A stretch of DNA of 63,723 bases, counting the filler, from Sphacelaria rigidula (taxonomy: Eukaryota), in NCBI GenBank assembly GCA_964200075.2. It is 9 parts of 9 records of this genome, joined end to end, with 100 filler letters (N's around TTAATTAATTAA, not from the genome) between each part and the next. Parts side by side here need not be neighbours in the genome. Positions count along the whole stretch, not along the records: positions 35,462 to 42,452 come from CAXNAA020017053.1; positions 42,553 to 49,543 come from CAXNAA020017054.1; positions 49,644 to 56,633 come from CAXNAA020017055.1; 6 more parts are not named here. One strand, given 5' to 3'. The notes beneath the pieces were generated by a model. That model did no database searches. It saw only the letters and a list, made by a program, of their open reading frames with translations, and was not told where the DNA came from. This document shows positions 37,600 through 51,387 of the stretch, piece after piece; the first letter of the stretch is position 1; each line of letters starts with the position of its first letter. The translations under genes were made by a program, and so were the position numbers.

Positions 37600-40500
37600 G
37601 GGGAGAGCATGGGTGATGATGAGGGAGCATGCTTAGGAGTGTTGGGGGAGCTTCAAGTCAGCAGTGTATGAGTGTGTGTGTATTTCCATGCTTGTAGCAG
37701 GTCGCCAGCAGTTACTGTATCCGCCCACCAAGAACTGTTGGCGATGAACGTTTCTTGCAACGTGGTAGATGGGTGCTGATAGTTTTTCTTGTGTGGCCGT
37801 GGATGGGTTCTGCATCACCGATTGTTGTTTTCCGAGTTCGGCATAGGAAGGCTTGTCTTGTATTGTGTCAAAGGATGCACTTTTACGACATATTTATGTG
37901 GAGACGGATTTTGTGCGTGTGGAATTTCTTGAATCATACATTCTTTTCGGAACCCAGTACTGTTGACCCTTCTGACGGCGAGTAAAGGTCCTCTGTTGAT
38001 TCGACATAAACTTTACTCGAGGAAATAACTGCACAGGCAGATGACCTACCCTCGTGGTCAAAGGTACCTTTATTGGCTAGGAAAGTGTGAGGGATTCGGT
38101 TCATGATGCTGCTATTGCATGTATACTAAAACTATCCACTCCTGGAAGTATTACAATACCGTTAGAAATTGGAGGACCACAGTTGCAGAAGGTGAAGGCA
38201 CGTGTCACGTGTCACCGTCGGTCGATAGTGGTGAGAATAAATGAGAAAAAGGGTGAACTGAGCTCATGCCGATTTCCACGATAAAGTAACGATATTTGAG
38301 CAAACACGAGAAAAAATTGAGGCGGGTACAACGTCAAGGCAACACTGTTCCTTCGCCCAATTTCATGGTTCATGGCAGCGAACTGGGTATGTGTTGAAGT
38401 CCACAGTGTGGAAACAACAGACTCCAGCGACAAAGCACGTCAGTTTTACTGGGGCATTCAATATTATCCAGTATGTCCGACTTTGTCTTGTAGGTATGTT
38501 GTATTTGACTGTGTGAAAATAAAGAACAAACAGGTATGCGTCACATGGATAACGGGCGGTATACGTGTCGGCGTGCACAGGAGCCTCACCGTTTTTTATG
38601 TACAGAAAGGTAGCGATAGAGTTTCCAGGAGTCAAGAGCAGCAGTGCGATATATCGCATCCTATCTACGTCCGCTCGTGGCGATGATGAGCACGGATTTG
38701 TTCAAACCCCGTTGGCTACCAGTGTGGGGGTAGATATCCTTTTTACTTGAAAAGTGAGTAAAGGACCCAGATCCACGTTGGCAGTGGTACTCTTCGACAT
38801 GACAGTCCTGGGTTTGAAATCTCCACTGAAGAAGCGTGTACAGCCAACAATACGTTCGTTAGGATTCATCACCCCAAATCGATTGCCTCGTGATCAAGGG
38901 GTCACAGGGAGTGCAGCGTACTTCTCCGTCTCACTATGTATTGCCATGGCAGCGGATAGGTTGCAGCAAACGTGTTCGGTTGGTGAAGTTGCGAGTCTGG
39001 GAACTGGTCCGTAGTGCTGTTGTAGTGTGTACTGCACCGTTCCGTACATCGGCCAGCCTGTGGAAACTAGAGAAAGTACAGACGGTACGTGTAGTGGCCA
39101 CTGCAGAGGATATTGATTCATATCGTTCAGGGGAGTTCTTTTCAAGCGAGACGACCAACGAAACCCCACTACCCACTGCCCGCATGAAGTCTCAGCATGT
39201 GTGCACAAGTATTTCCTCCTCAGGAACTTGGATGGGCTGACCTCTCGCCCAAACGATGAAATATTCATTGGCATGGCACCTTGTCTGTGTTGACGAAGAG
39301 AAAGGACACCTGGAACCGGTCCCGTTGACAGCATCGTGACCATCCCTGTCATTCGCAGACTTGACCTGATCCGGCGGCATTTTACTCTTGCAATAGGTGT
39401 CTCCCTTTGTTCCACCCCCTTTCCTTTCCCCCCCCAGTTCCTCTGCGGTCTTCTCCGCGTGCTCGAACCGTACCAAGTGCTGGCGGTAATTCTGTACTGA
39501 ACAAAGCTGCTGGACTCAAACTAGGGTATGAAATAAAATCTAACGATTTAGGAAATATGTCTGACAAAACCCGACATGATGAAGGCGTTTTTAAGGGGAT
39601 GGGGGAAGTCGTTCCGAATTTCCCCTCTGCTCGCCCCCGAGCGCCCTATCCTGGCGCCCTCGAGCGCCCTATCCTGGCCTCCTGGTTTTTGTGCGTTCCA
39701 TAAACCTTTCTCGTTGCATTGATGGGATGATGCAAAAAACAGTGTACGATCATCGCGGCAGCAGCGACATAATAATCCGGGTATTCTTTGCTACTACTGT
39801 ATCTTCTCGACGTGTGACCACTCTGAAATGATCATGATTTTTGATGATGAGCCTTCGGGTTATATATATCCTGCGATCATTTTCATGAGCGTCTATTTCT
39901 CGCCATTTCAACATGCAACGATGTTTTGTTTACTTTAGCGCACGAATATGGTATTGTGTATCGACAATCACAAACACATGCCAGAGCTTGCTGCGTTGGT
40001 TTATAAACCATGTACTGGAAAATGTGCTTGCTCGGAGTACCTCGTCGGTCGTTTGGTTCTATACTACAACAACTACTGTATCTTGCGTCGAAAAATGTTC
40101 AACGGCATTCCTTTCTCGAAACATGGACATAAATACAATATTTTTATCAAGTTGTCATGATTCGGAACCCGTTGATCGCGCATGTTTGTTCGTCGCACTT
40201 TAACCCTTATTAGACCCCGAGGGTAGGTCACCTGCTGAATCGGCATCAATTTTCATTTGAAAAACGTATGCGTGATCCAGATGGACTACCCGCACGGCGG
40301 TGTAAGGGTTATAGTAAACCTATTATTCCCTTCGTTGTGACGAGTCCGTAGTTTCAAGAGATTGAGCCATTTCTCCCTCGCGGTACACGCCTTGCATTTT
40401 GGTCTCGTGGATTGGATCAGCTCTCCCGCACCGCGTCGACTCCTCGAACAAGCTCACTCAACTCTTCGTTTCGCTGCGAACGTCTTCATACACGCCTTTA

Positions 40501-40961
40501 GCACAACGGTGGGAATGAAAAAACCCAACACATCTATCTGGCGGGAATCCAACCCGCGTTCTTACAACCCTCATAATATCAGTATTTTAGTATACTACAA
40601 CAGCAGTACCATACTACACCACCGGGGCGCAGCGGCCATTGTAAGCGTTCCGTCTTGAGCATGCACACACTGCAGTGGTACTCGAGCGACATACACCAGG
40701 CATAACGCTGGACTAAGTGCGCTTTGTGCACTGTCTTGAATGGGTAGACAAGAGGCCGTTCATTTAATTATCCACGTCACTATCTACGTGTATGAGGAGC
40801 CAAAACCCTAGATTTATGGTAGGGGCGTTGCTAAATTACACCGCACATGGTCGATAGGTGCTGCGGGCGACGCGTTTAGCAGCAGCTCGACGAAGAAAGT
40901 CTGGCAAACCAATCCAGCACATGAAGGCGATATACACGTATCGTGAACAAAAAGCACCGTC

Positions 40962-41219
40962 ATGCAGGCTGTTCAACGGCTCAGAAGGCGGTCAAGAAAT
41001 CAAGACACCGTCGCTGCGCCCATTGCGCCGTTGTTGACACCCGAGCCCGGATCGGTGGCCGCCGCCGCCGCAGCAGCAGCAGCACATGGCGACAACACCA
41101 CCTCTGGAAGTCTCAGCCGCCAGGCATCAAGAGCCCGACGACGCAGCGCCCCGATGAAGTCGAACAGCTCTAATGCCGTGGGCGAAGGACTCGCGTCCTC
41201 GGATGTGAATGAGAGCAAG
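40962..41219 (+). CDS. Probable first exon of an unknown gene
   Basis: GC-rich ORF with poly-Ala from ATG 40962 to AAG|GTCAGC. A possible next exon starts at 41528. Confidence 0.4.
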
Positions 41220-42933
41220 GTCAGCGTGGACCGAGCTGTTATTTGGGTTGCGTTGGGTGCGGTCCCGCTTTCTCGGTGGTACCGACAAGGAACCATGGTT
41301 ACGGTAGACAGCATGCAGCTAGCCACATTCAATCGATGAGGCTATGTATACCATGGTATAGGCGAAATCTTTTGTTGGACACAGCCGAATGTTGGTGTTT
41401 TGCGTTTCTGTGTGTGCGTGTTTGTTAGCTGTTCAAAGTTGTGTGCACATCGCCGACCGCGCCTCTACATCTCATTGATTGATTGATTATCTCACATTAT
41501 TATTATTAGCTGATTACAACAATCCAGCCCGTGGTCAGGAACATGAAAGTAATGCAACGCCATTGGAAGGAGCTGTGTCCACCGTAACTCGAATGAAAAC
41601 AATTACTACTACTGATGGTCGAGTTACGGTATACCGTAGTACACTGTTGTGCCCTACAACCTCGAAATGATACAGTATCATCACTACAAACCCAATCCGC
41701 CTGTAACCTCTTTTCGAGCCCATCTTGTTTTTCTTCTCGTAACCGGCTGTGACTCCGGGGAACATTGTGGCATCAGCACACGGAAAGTAATATTATCGAG
41801 GAGGACTCACAAGTGCGAAATCGACGTTGTCGTGACTGGTGCGCATATACCGTTCATGTTTTATCTTACCTGCACAAGGGCTCCCGCTCAGAAATATAGT
41901 AGTCAGCACCATGAGTTTTCAGAATTCGTAGTTTTTTTTTCTTTTCTGGAGTACTATTCTTCACTACTACTACTTGAAAGTGCTGGCGCCGGTAGATTTA
42001 GGGAAAAAGCGTAGGCCGCGCTCAAACTGCAGTGCTCAAGTTGGTGTTCTTGGGGCGATACGGACTTGATACCCCGTTTATCAGGAGGGTGTTATTGGCC
42101 GTTTTCGGTCCAATATAAGCAGTTTTCCCGCTCTTCAGCGACGAAACGGTAAATATTCAGATAAATGAACACGACGAGCTGGGCCAGCTTAGAGACGGAT
42201 TTCAAGTTTGCAGGCCCATGCTCATTTATACATTAAGAGTTGGACCCTGAAATTTGGTATGGGCAATGCATAGGGCATAAAGAAGATAATTAAGTACGTC
42301 GGTGCCAGATTTTTTTTTTTTCTTTTTTCATGAGTTGAAGGCATTCTACTAATACCTGAAAACTGATTATTGCCCTCAACCCTTTTGGGACCGGACCCCC
42401 ACTAACACAGGGTTGACCCTGTGTTAGTAGAATAATAAAAAATAAGTCTTCGNNNNNNNNNNNNNNNNNNNNNNNNNNNNNNNNNNNNNNNNNNNNTTAA
42501 TTAATTAANNNNNNNNNNNNNNNNNNNNNNNNNNNNNNNNNNNNNNNNNNNNTCATGAATTTAGGTCAGGGAAAGCACGGCTATTGAGTTGAACCTCATT
42601 TTGTTTTTCAACCCCATTTTCCAGAACCCACTGCTATGTAGTGTTGTGTGATATCTATCACGCCGACGCTTCGAAACGACGAAGCTACCCGTGGACGGGA
42701 CACCCCTCCCCCCACCTACCCCCCGGTAAAACGAAATATACCTGCCGATCTTCGGCGGAGCACTCAGCATGATGATCTGGTCGTTTGAATGTCATAATTG
42801 TTTTGTTTTTCGCAGGGGTACTTATTCTCTAGGAGCTGGAATTTGTTTTCACGGCGAGTGATGTTGCTATGACTCCTTAAGTGCTTGACGATTTCCTACG
42901 GTTTCACTTCGGCCTCTTTTCTTATTTCACCAG

Positions 42934-45900
42934 GGGTCGGTGAAGCGGAAGATGCATTGCGACTGGTGGACAGGCCTGGAACAGTTGTGGAGTTGGCGAA
43001 CAACCCGTGGATCATGCCGCCCGAGGCTGTGGTGGAGGCGGGGCTTCCGGCCACCAAAGAGTACCTCCTGGACGTCCAGATGGCCAAGAATGCAGGGGCC
43101 GATGTCACGTCCCTCAAACTTCTTAAAGTTGTATTGGTGGGGTCGGCTTCGGCTGGAAAGACTAGGTGAGACTCTGCAAGGCAAATGCTCGCTGGTACGC
43201 TACTTCACATGACAGATGGATAGCTCGACAACTCTACTTTTTCTACATGTATTTGGATGTGTAAGTATCTACTTGTGATGAGACTAGGTAGAGAATGGCT
43301 TGCCTCGTGTGCCGGTCTGGTCGCAGTGCTCTGCCTCGACGTACAAATGTAGGCCGGCTGACGGTGATGAGGTCCGTATCAGGACGGCCGCAAATTCGGA
43401 AATGTTGTCGCAGATACTTGCAGAAGCGTCATGCTTCGACCACATGCCGAATGGGGCTTACCTCCGCGCTGTTAAGGACACTTCATACCCCACCACCATA
43501 TTTTTACCCTCGTGAAAACGCCGTCTCATTGCACTCCCCTGGTGTCGCTATGTTGAACGATTTCAGTTTGATGCAAAGCATCATAGAGAGAAGGGGTTCC
43601 CCAACGAAGGGGACGAGAGCAGACGCGAGTACAGTTGGGGTGGAACTGTGCCCTCACCAGCTCGAGGACACAGAAGTTGAGTTCTTCGACTGCGCTGGCC
43701 AGGTCGACTACGCCGGAATGCATCAGACATTTCTTACTCGACGAGCTCTGTACCTGCTCGTGGTGGATATCACGAAGTATAGCGTGGAGATTCTAGATGA
43801 GGTGGGTCAGCTGTAAGCTGATGCGGTGTTTACCGTGAACTGTGATGCTGGTACCTCTCCTTGGATGGTGTCGTATGTGTTACACTGCTCTTCCAAGTGC
43901 CACGGCAGGCCTTCTAGATTTATGAATGTGCCACGCCCCAGATGCTTCAAGATATCAAGATATCATGTGAACAATGGATTGATAATGGCGCTCGATGCAA
44001 ACGAATGGACACATTAGTCATGGTCACAAGATTGAAGGGACCCAAGAAACGCATAGAAACGCTGGCATAACCGTAAGCATTCTGCTTTTGGTCTAGGACT
44101 CGCACAATACCTAGGCCACAAAAGTAAAGAAAGTCAACGCCGAATATATGTATGTACTCCTCCACTCCTGACTACTGGTTGAGCAAGTCTTCCCGAGCAA
44201 GTCTGCCCGGAATGTAGCGTTCACATGCGTTGGTTGGTACATGCCGAATTCGAAATTTGTACGTGTCGCTTTTTCACCATCTCAATCATCCTTGGTCGAG
44301 GAATGCGTTACCGCATCGTCGACCTCGGTAGTTCATGGCGTCAAGACTACCGCTCTTAATATCTTAGAGATGTAATCACCGCTTCTAACACAATCCAAAC
44401 CCGTCAAATACCGCGTCGTGTTGATTCTGGGTTTGCTGGGTGCAGGTCATCCAAGAAGACATTATGCGGTGGCTGTACTACCTATATCTTCGGGCGCCAG
44501 GATCCACTGTGATCCTCGTGGCTAACAAGTGTGACGGCTCGATCGATGATTACACCGACACTGTGAGGAGTGTCCAGAACAGGGTTCTGGAGCTGCTGAA
44601 GGATTGGCACGAGGACCGTGGTCTTCGTGGCCAAAGCAAAGGCCGTGTGACGGACGTGAATATTCTTCCAGACATGAGTCGTGTGAGCTGCGACGACAAA
44701 GGCTTCCCGGAGGCTTCGGGTATCCCCGCGCTGATCGCCCTACTTTTGAATCAGGCTGCTACATCTATCTGCGTGCCGCCCGCGTGGGACTTTGCCCTCG
44801 AAGCCATCAAGTGCCTGAGGGCTAGTCGCGATCCAATATGGGCTGCCCGGGAGAAGCTGGGGTTGTCGAACACGCCCCCAACCGAAGGCGTCGGGAATTT
44901 GCACGCGTCACCTTTCATCTCGAAGAACGAGCTTTCCCGAAAGTGGGAACTCGTCGTGGAAACTGTTCGAGGCAATGTACCGGCGGCGACTGTTTACAAC
45001 TGGGAAAGCGCTCTCAACGGTGCACTGTGGATAAGGTGTGTCTATCGTGGGTTGGTGAGTGAAAAATGCCAATCGTTACCCGACCCAGACCGGAATCAAG
45101 TGCTCGTGCATGTAGCTTGATTGGAACCAGTTTACCACCTTCACTTTTGCGTACTGCTTTGCTTCGCGCACACAAGTACCGAGTCTGCGTTTCCGTTCAC
45201 ACGCACGTATGCCCTCTTCGCTCTATTCCGCTATTGGCTTTAGTGATTTCGCGGGGCACACGCTCCGCATTGATGGTGGTGACGGTATCTTCCTGGACGT
45301 GCTGTGGCTTTCGAAGGTCTTGAACCCTATCGTGAGCCACAAGACTAAACATCATCGGTTCAACCACGAGGTGCTGCCAATGAAGCGGAAACTAGTCGAG
45401 GATAATATTTTACAACCCGAGTTCGCCCTTCATCTCTGGGGCATGGACATCGATCGCAAAACGCTGCCGCCGGAGGAGGTGAAGAGAGCTCTCTTCCGCA
45501 TTCTCGCCAAGCTCGGTGTGGCTCTTCCCCTCGGGTGCGCAGCTCACGAGGACAGGAATGGACCAAGAGACATGCTGGTCATAATGAGGCTCGAAGAAAA
45601 GTGCGACAGTGACAAGCACAGGCTGTTTGAGCAAAGCCTTGCCAAGAATAGGCTACCGTGTGACCGCGAAGTGATGCTCAAGTGGGAGTTCGACAGAGCG
45701 GGGGCCCCCCAGGGATTGGTAGAGCGGTTGATAGCCTCTTGCCATGTCCTAGGCGAGGTCGACTCGAAAGTGTGCTGGAGATACGGTGCTGTATTCAAAA
45801 GTCACTTCAAGGAAAGTAGTGCCGAAGGGAAGCGTTCGTTGTTCACGGTCGCCCTCAGCATGGCGAGCTACAGCGGTCCCGAGCGAGAGTTCACGGCGAG

Positions 45901-47191
45901 GGTAGTGGGGCCGCTTGCAAATGCGAGGGTGTGGGCAGCAATCCGCTACGTGGCGTCGGTAATGCTCACCTTGTCTAAGGAGTGGCCTGGAGTACTGTGG
46001 GAGGCATGGCCAGTGTGTACGGAGGGTCACGCGAAGACAGTGTACCTGGCGTCGTCGGTACGGATAAACAATGTTGCTACGGCAGCTTTTCGAGTGTAAT
46101 GCCAGTGATTGAGTTGTTCATTGTCGCACATTAACTGACCTTTGGTCCAACAACCGTGGTCACATGATGCATGTAACCGAGACAAAGCGAATCTAAATCG
46201 CTCGCTGGAAAAAAATTGAGGGAATAAAAGATGTCGATCAGGCAGAGTAAACTGAGAAAAGGAGGGAAGAGAGAAAAGCATGGACAAGAAAGAACTAGAA
46301 ATGGCCGGTCTCTGCCGTCTGCAGTAACAGCTCTTTTTTTTCCTGACGTGTGTTCTCAGGCCGAGCTCGGTGACCTCCTTCTTCCTGCAGCAGCTCCAAA
46401 TGCGGGAAGGGAAGAGTGGTGCGAGTGCTTGCTGGAGTCGAGAGGTGTGCTCGCGCAGGTTCGCGAAAAACTGGGCGTCGTTATCGATACCGGAAAAGGT
46501 GTGGACTAAATTGGTGCTGGTTTGATTCGCGTCAAGTTTGGTATCAATACTCGGCACATATTTTGTTTACATATAGTACGGGAACGATGGAACAAAAAGA
46601 ATAGTGCTTCGTGATATGATGTAGATTCTTCAGAGCTATTGCGGCGGTTTCGACACGAATAGACAATCCTAGGCGTTTTGCAGTGTAGAACGGGTCCGTA
46701 CGAATTCCGTCACCAATCGCGCATTCCCATTGCGTCTCACCCTTTTCGGCTGTTCCGGGAGTGTACAGGTAACAAGAGTTCACATAACGAATCTCCGAAT
46801 GAACACACACCCCTTGTTGTCCTTAATAGATCCATTCGATGGACTACAAGAGGAGCCGGGTGACCCCCCTGGGAGCGATGGGACCGGTGCGACGTGCACC
46901 TGTGTGGACGAAGCGTTTGATCGCTGGCTACCGCACGCTTGGGTTTCCTCAAAAGGGCTCTGGAGCCTTGCTGTGGCGTTGTTTTTAGGAGCAGTCGTAG
47001 TAGGCATAGTCGAAGATGAGGATACCTTGTGGAAAAGTTGTTTGGCGGTCGTGGTTTTTCTGGTCGTGTTGGGTGTATGCGCCGCAGCTATTGCGTACAG
47101 ATTCCCGAGCCATCGCGAGGCAGGTGAAGAGCAAAGACAGAGCGGAGGTCAGCAGGGAATGCCCGTGAATGACGTTGCCGCCATGGCATGA
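42934..47191 (+). CDS. ROCO family GTPase (ROC-COR) with two C-terminal TM helices; exons 42934-43165, 43567-43801, 44446-45035, 45244-46057, 46360-46498, 46830-47191; 5' (LRR) part absent from contig
   Basis: Cap 'NNPWIMPPEAVV'. G1 GSASAGKT|S, G2 STVGVE, G3 DCAGQ (FLTRRALYLLVVDI), G4 NKCD, G5 VSC. COR 'IFLDVLWLSKVLNPI', 'APQGLVERLIASCH..CWRYGAVF'. All five GT-AG introns are phase-compatible (2,0,2,0,1). TM segments GLWSLAVALFLGAVVVGIV and CLAVVVFLVVLGVCAAAIAY. Confidence 0.93.
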
Positions 47192-48139
47192 CCTTTAATG
47201 CTTCTTTGAACACACAGTAGAGCTCTTCCGCATGCTTCATCGGGAGAGCTTTTTCTCGGTGTTTTCCGTCGTGCGGTTAGTCATATGGCGATGCTGCTGT
47301 TGAGGCAACGGTGCGCACTCAGTAACCCAGATAAAATGGGTAGCGCAATCACAAGCGAATTTGTAGCGCGGGTTGGTGGTAACAGATTCGAGGGACGGGT
47401 GATGTTGTGAATTAGCACTTTCAGAGAAAATGCACCTCCAACTTTGGCAATGCGTTCGGCTAGTTAGGACGTCAAGAAACATGACAGCGACCAGTCAGAG
47501 TAGTGCCTGCTGCACCCTACAGTACTCTCTTTTGACACGCAACCAGAGCTGGTGGACTGCGGTAGATGGAGCGCAGCCGACGAAACTTTGATAACCATGA
47601 AAGTATAATATGTGGCATCAGGTGTGGAAGTGAGGATGGCTGTCACGGTCGAGGAAGTGATATGCTGTATCGCCTAGAAGAGTATTCATCAGTTGATATA
47701 TATGCTTCAATTTTGACTCGCCTTTTGGAACTTTAATTTATCTTCTTCGCGGTGGGTATGCACTTCACCAGTGTGCGAATATCCCAGAGCGCATCCAATC
47801 GTGATCATTTTGATTTTGAAGATACCAAACAAGTTCTAGACAATGAAGGTGAAGTATTGCGAGGAACACCTCCGCACCTTCATAGTTTCAACTGGTTGAA
47901 GTTGCTTGCTTTTTTTCTAAATCCATCTGTCCTTGAAAAAGTTGCAACACTAAATCGTTTAGGGCAATGAAGGGTGTTTTCGTGAGATTGCGAGTAGAGG
48001 ATACGGTTGAGAGTGAAAAGCGGTCAAATAATGAAAATATCGTTTCAGTTCCGAAGTACGCCTTCAAGAGGCCCAATATGCTTTCTGCAGTAGCACGGGA
48101 TCTTACAAATTGGGGATGCATCTTTTATTGGGGATGACA

Positions 48140-48446
48140 AACCCGGAGAATTAANNNNNNNNNNGACAGCTATTGACAACTGCTACACGCCATAGAAATT
48201 TGGATTTCGATCACCGAAATATTGGGATCCTAGGGTAAAAAACAATTTTGGGGAATTCCGGGTGTCCGAACGGACGCCAAAATGGTTCCATATTTGGTTT
48301 TTCATCTAGGACCCCAACATTTCGGTGATTGAAATCCAAATTTCTTTGGTGTGTAGCAGTTATCAATAGCTATCAGTAGGTGAAGAAATGAAAATATATT
48401 TCGAAGATTTGGTGTTGATACGAAGATTTTTATTTTCTGGGTGTTC
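48140..48446. mobile_element. Foldback element spanning a 10-N gap; one-arm copy at ~27960-28125
   Basis: AGCTATTGACAACTGCTACAC..AATTTGGATTTCGATCACCGAAAT pairs with ATTTCGGTGATTGAAATCCAAATTT..GTGTAGCAGTTATCAATAGCT. The same arm occurs in contig 4. Confidence 0.75.
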
Positions 48447-51089
48447 AGTGGTTCACCACGGAGATCCTTGATATCTTGAGTAGGACATCGACATGTGAAT
48501 AGGAATCCTCATGCACCGGGTGCATTGTCGGGGAAAGTTGACGGTCGGCCATGGCCAGTTGAGACCAGGTACCATTTATGGAGTTAATTCACACATTCTT
48601 GCACACTCACACACACATCCTCCATAGAAAACACACTCGCACCGCACTCGCACTCGCACTGAACAAGGTGGGGTAATCATTCTCGAGGAAATCGCTCATA
48701 CAAAATGACACGTCATAGTCCCATCTCTTCGCCACGCGAGAAAGCGTGCGCCCCCCTCAGATATCTACTGCAATCATGATATCGGGTATACCCTAAACAC
48801 AACAGAACTGATCATTTATTCGTATTTCCCCTGTACGTCACGATCCGATATCAATATCCATTTCCCTTGCATCCAGGCAGCAGGTGAACAGTTACAATCC
48901 TTGAGCGTAACCATTTTCGATCCACCTCCCTGCTTACGGCTCTAGAACTGATAGTTTATCCTGAATACATAGTGCATCATTCTGAAAGCGGGAAAATACT
49001 TCATGTTCTTTCAAACATGAAGCCGCTTATTATAGACTGAAAAAAGTATCTGAGAAGAGTCATTTTGGACGACTTTTCAGAGACTTTCTCCAGCGAAATC
49101 AGTTTTTCGAATCCCACCGTATAGTCCATGAAAAAATCCTGGGGATTTGTACACCCCAGGCCATCATCTAGCCTGCGTGCAGACGCTGGTAGTGGTCATC
49201 GTTTGCGTTTTGTGCTTGTGCCCCCTGCAGCGAGCCTGTGGTAAACCAACATGTAGATAATCCTGTCGAGGTACAGGATGGATGGGATGGCAACACACAC
49301 ACACACACGCACGCACACGCACACGCATAGTAGCTACTGGTATGATAGTGATCGAAATAATGGGCGTATCAACCCTTACTTCAGCCGATCGCCGCTTTGT
49401 ACAGCAGTCGTGTCGCAAGCGGCGCAATGTGTTCAGCAGACGGTTTGTGCCATACCGCACACAACACATTCACGTGACAGTTAGTAGTAACAGTGTTTTC
49501 GTGAGATTGAGAGTAGATGATACGATTGAGAGTGGCTTTGATCNNNNNNNNNNNNNNNNNNNNNNNNNNNNNNNNNNNNNNNNNNNNTTAATTAATTAAN
49601 NNNNNNNNNNNNNNNNNNNNNNNNNNNNNNNNNNNNNNNNNNNGTCCCGGCTTTGTGGGGATGCGAGGTCAATGGTCTTATGACTATGGCATGCATGATC
49701 ATGAGTACACCCACCCCCAAACCAGTCCCAAAACTATCATGAAGAAAAGAGCCATTCAGCGCATGATAGCTGGTGTCAGACTGCATGAAGTGCCTCATAT
49801 GGGTGACGTTGGCGATAACGGTCCCACGTGTGGGAGTTCCCAGCTGCTCGGTGTGCTCAAAGTTTGCCATCTTCACTAGCACGTAAATTTTGTTTCCTCG
49901 AACCAGTCACTCTCTCGGGGGGGGGAAGGGGGTTATAGCGGCGTCACTCTATGCTGGTAGACTAAATACACTGTTGATGAGACAGTAGCGGTACACATTG
50001 TCATCAGAATCACATGATTTTTCTCTGCGTTGTCGAGTACGAGACCCCGCACGGAGCCTGAATAACTGGAAGAATGATGCTGCCTGCGTGAGTATGACGT
50101 CTACAAGTACAGTAGACGACATTTCTCGTAACCCCTCTATGAAACGGGCGTGGAGTCAGAGTAGCACGGGGGCGATTGACGGGAAACTTTTGTTAAGCAG
50201 CTATTTATTGTCGGTACTACTGCAGCAGTCCCGATCTATGTACTAAAGTGCTCATGGAACAACGGCCACTTGAGATCACCTGGCTGGAAACACTCTTTAA
50301 CAACCTTTTCGCCCGACTGAGTGTCTAGCAGTTGATTGGGCGTGAGTGTTGCGGCTCACGCTACCTCCATCATTATTCATTTTGTGTGTGTGTTTTTCCC
50401 GTAGCAACTTCGTGTACTTATAGCTGCACGTCGATATCCTGTCAGAGATCTCGGAGGCTTCAGTGGTAAGCTACTGCAGAAAGCGTGTAAGGCCTCGTAT
50501 AAGGGCTGGAGGGGCACTTTGGTAGTGAAGCTGTTTCAGGTATTAGTCGACCGTCTCTGGAAATTTTGAGGTCCGGATTTTTGCTCATTGATGAGGCGAA
50601 TACAGAAAATATATACATTGAATTCATCCTACGGCTTAGCGCTTTCATTCGAGCCGATCCTCGACAGGCTCTGCGAAGCATTCCCAAGAAACACCAGTCG
50701 ATAAATTGATTGGGATTTCAGAGTCTTATAATTCTCACTCTCAATCAAATGCTAGACGCTCAACTTGGCAGAATGGCTGTTTCGTGCGAGGAAGTGGCTC
50801 CTCGACGCGTGGCTCCCCCGCAATGGTGCACTCTTGTCTACAATCGTACCGCCTGTTGCCACAACGACCTGTGGTACAGTTCTGTTCTACTGTCTACTGT
50901 ATCTACGTCGGCAGCTGTGATGTGTTTTTAAGTTCTCCAGGCTGCGTTGGATCTTCAATTTTCGGGGGCCGAAGATTCGTGGGCATGGGTGGAAAATCAA
51001 TCGCTGTCGAAAAAAAGAACGGGTGCTCGAAAGCTCGGTTTCAAGTTTTCAGCCTATTTGATTTCTTCCGCAGTGAACAGCGTTGTCGT

Positions 51090-51387
51090 CAAATTGAAAG
51101 TAGAGGGCTGATTAAGAGTGGCTTTGATCACTCGCTTTAACTTAGCCATTTTTTCATTAGCCAATTTTTCATTATGTGTGTGCTTTTCTTTGCCTCTACC
51201 ACTTGCGTGAGCTCACAGCTACACGTCGATATCCTACACAGGAATAATAAGAGCCTTAGTGGCAGGGTACTACAGAAAGCATATTGGGCCTCGTGGAGGG
51301 GCATTTCGGAACTGAAACGACTCATTCACCAATTGACCGCTTTTCACTCTCAATAGTATCCTCTACTCTCAATTTCACGAAAACACT
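51090..51387. mobile_element. hAT-like non-autonomous element (terminus CAGTGTTTTCGTGA); related ends at ~47973-48025 and 49491-49543; internal part related to ~50420-50520
   Basis: Shared GTGTTTTCGTGAGATTG.GAGTAGA.GATAC..TTGAGAGTG. A CAGTGTT start is typical of hAT TIRs. The TSD was not verified. Confidence 0.5.

Noticed and set aside
38750..39600. Possible minus-strand pseudogene exons
   Set aside because: In-frame stops, no consistent splice chain and no recognisable domain.
40962..42933. Exons at 40962/41528 as the 5' end of the ROCO gene
   Set aside because: They are separated from ROCO by an artificial linker, so any phase compatibility is coincidental.
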